Shown piece after piece: positions 61,500 to 64,000 of a DNA stretch of 64,000 bases (the first letter of the stretch is position 1; each line of letters opens with the position of its first letter). Under the pieces are notes generated by a model, which saw only the letters and a program-made list of their open reading frames with translations, was not told where the DNA came from and did not search any database. The position numbers and the translations under genes were made by a program. The stretch comes from Chthoniobacterales bacterium (lineage in GTDB: Bacteria > Verrucomicrobiota > Verrucomicrobiia > Chthoniobacterales > JAATET01): positions 18,099 through 82,098 of the forward strand of contig JAATET010000031.1 of NCBI GenBank assembly GCA_015655545.1. Direction: 5' to 3'.

Positions 61500-64000
61500 A
61501 TGAAGACGTCCCGACTTCTCATCCTCGCTGCCCTGGCGGCTTGCACTTTGCTGGCCGCCTCCGCGGAGAACCTCACCGTAGACACGCTGCGCTGCGAATA
61601 CCTCAAAGAGCCGATCGGCATCAACGAAACGCATCCGCGCCTAAGCTGGATCGTGAAGTCTCCGCTGCGCGGTGAAATCCAGACGGCCTATCAAATCCTG
61701 GCGGCCTCGACTCCGGGCGCGTCTGGGGCCGGGACGGAGCTCCCTCGGCGTGGAGCGCGCCGGTCAAATGGGAAATGGGTCTGCTCGATCCGAAGGATTG
61801 GAAGGCGAGCTGGATCGAGAGTCCGAAAAATCCCGAAGGAAGTGTTTCTTCACTGAACGCCGAGGAAGCGTTCGCGAGCTTTTCGGGATGTTCGTGGATT
61901 TGGAATGACGAGCCGGGCCTGGAGGCCGGAGGCCGGCTAGCGGCGAACGCCATTTCCAAAGGCGATTCGATCTCCCGAGCGGCGCAAAGTTGAAAATGGC
62001 GAAGCTTTTGATCACTGCGGACGATGGATTCACCGCCTCGGTCAACGGCAAAAAAGTCGGCGGCCTGGACGTCGCCGACGGATGGCAACAGCCGCAAACT
62101 TTCGACCTGCTGCCGTTCCTCGAGACGGGAGAAAATATCATTACCGTCACCGCCCCGAATCGCGGCTCCTTCGCCGGCCTTCTCGCGAAGATCGGCCTGG
62201 GCTTTGACGGCCGGAAGCCGGAAATCATCGTCACGGATGCCACCTGGCAGGCCACGCGGCAGGCGTCTCCCTCGTTGAACGATTGGAAAGCGGCCGCCGT
62301 GATCGTGCCTTTTGGAAAAGGCCCGCGGGGCTTAATCGGCGAATTTATTCCGACGCCGGTGCCGATTTTGCGGGACACGTTCGACGTCGCCGACAAGCCC
62401 GTCGCGCACGCGCGCCTCTATTCCACGGCGTTGGGAATTTACGAGCTGCATCTCAATGGCCGGCGCGTGGGCGACGAGCAGTTTGCGCCCGGATGGACGG
62501 ACTACGACAAGCGGTCGTCACCGACGCTTTCTGGAAAGCGCACGCGAGCCCGATGCTCGGCTCGGATTTGTTGAACGGTGAGGTTTACGATGCCCGGCTT
62601 GAGCTGCCGGATTGGGCAGATCCGGCGCTCGACGACAAGAATTGGACGCCGGTCGGCGTGCGGTCCGAAAAGCCGCGCATCATGGATGGGCGCGCTTCCG
62701 AACCGATCCGGACGCTCGGGGAAATTCCCGCGAAAAAGCTCACGCAGCCGCAGCCCGGAAAATGGACCTTCGATCTCGGGCAAAACATGGTCGGCTGGGT
62801 CCGCATCGCGGTCAAAGCCCCGGCCGGCACGGCGATCACCATCCGCCATGGCGAAATGCTCAATCCCGATGGCACGCTCTACACGGCGAATCTGCGGACG
62901 GCCCTCGCCACCGATACCTACATCTGCAAAGGCGACGGACTCGAGGTCTGGCAGCCGCGGTTTACGGCGCACGGGTTCCGTTATGTCGAGCTTACGGGCC
63001 TCGCCGGCAAGCCCGACTTGAGCACCGCCACGGGAATCGTCGTGGGTTCCGACACGCCGCGCGCCGGCACGTTCGCCTGCTCGAATCCGCTCATCAATCA
63101 ACTCCAGTCCAATATCGCCTGGGGCCAGCGCGGGAATTTTTTCAGCGTGCCGACCGATTGCCCGCAGCGCAACGAACGCCTGGGATGGATGGGTGACGCC
63201 CAGGTCTTCATCCGCACCGCGACTCAGAACGCCGACGTCGCCGGCTTCTTCACGAAGTGGCTCGTCGACGTGCGGGACGCGCAGTTCGACGACGGCCGTT
63301 TCCCGGATGTCGTGCCGCGTATCCTGCCCCAGACCGGCGCGCCCGGTTGGGGCGACGCCGGCGTGATCTGCCCGTGGACCGTCTACCAAATCTACGGCGA
63401 TACCCGCGTCCTCGAGCGCTCCTACGATGGGATGGTCCGCTGGGTGGAATGGTGCAAGGCCAGCTCCACGGACCTGATCCGCAGCCAAGACCTCGGCGAC
63501 AATTACGGCGATTGGCTCTCCATCAATGCCGACACGCCCAAGGATCTCATCGGCACGGCATTCTTCGCGTATTCCACCGAGCTGCTTTCCGGCATCGCCA
63601 CCGTGCTCGGAAAAACCGACGACGCAGCGAAATACCGGAAGCTTTTCGAGGACATCAAGGCCGCCTTCAACGCCCGCTACGTCAAGCCCGACGGCCGTAT
63701 CGAGGGCGACACCCAATGCGGCTACGCGATGGCGCTCAAGTTCAACCTCCTGCCCGAAAAACTCCGGTCCGTCGCGGGAGAAAAGCTCGCCGCCGACATC
63801 AAGGCCAAGGGCGACCACCTCTCCACCGGCTTCCTCGGCGTGGGCTATCTTCTTCCGATGCTCACGCAGACCGGCCACACGGATGTCGCCTACAAGCTCC
63901 TGCTCCAGGAAACCTTCCCTTCCTGGCTCTTTTCCGTGAGACAGGGCGCCACCACGATCTGGGAGCGCTGGGACGGCTGGACGCCGAAAAAGGGTTTCCA
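61500..64000 (+). pseudogene. GH78 alpha-L-rhamnosidase, broken by frameshifts/deletions; runs off the window
   Basis: LRCEYLKEPIGI..PRLSW; WEMGLL..DW; TALGIYE..NGRRVGD..FAPGWTDY; DLGQNMVGW; PTDCPQRNERLGWMGD; GATTIWERWD, spread over four frame segments. Confidence 0.85.

Overview
High-GC bacterial chromosome segment. Gene content and the C-terminal motifs of secreted proteins suggest Verrucomicrobiota (Spartobacteria/Chthoniobacterales-like); this is an inference. The backbone carries housekeeping and RNA-metabolism genes (yhbY, slyD, rluA, rsmH, trhO-rluA fusion, rnhA, rapA, RRM protein, htpG, prfC, hflX), a complete pqqABCDE operon including an unannotated pqqA, a TetR-EmrAB efflux unit, tRNA-Ala(GGC), a large secreted metalloprotease and GH1/GH78 hydrolases. 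The main accessory region (about 12.2-24.0 kb) is an apparently Sec-exported Rhs polymorphic-toxin operon: three signal-peptide accessory genes, a 1995-aa Rhs protein with a pseudo-transglutaminase N-terminus, and a lipoprotein immunity gene. It is followed by a RAYT/Y1 HUH transposase. A 21-22 bp motif GGGTCAGTCCTCAYTRTYGWC occurs three times there: as inverted ends of the transposase, and again exactly where a downstream orphan toxin/immunity-like cassette is cut. This is my best candidate for an undescribed system (HUH-transposase-driven cassette capture at an Rhs locus). Other highlights are a candidate sigma-54-dependent ~60-nt sRNA, an atcJABC-like J-domain operon near htpG, and several lesions in otherwise intact genes (in-frame TAG/TGA, frameshifts, deletions), which reflect either genome decay or sequence damage/error. 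All calls are by eye; no searches were run.
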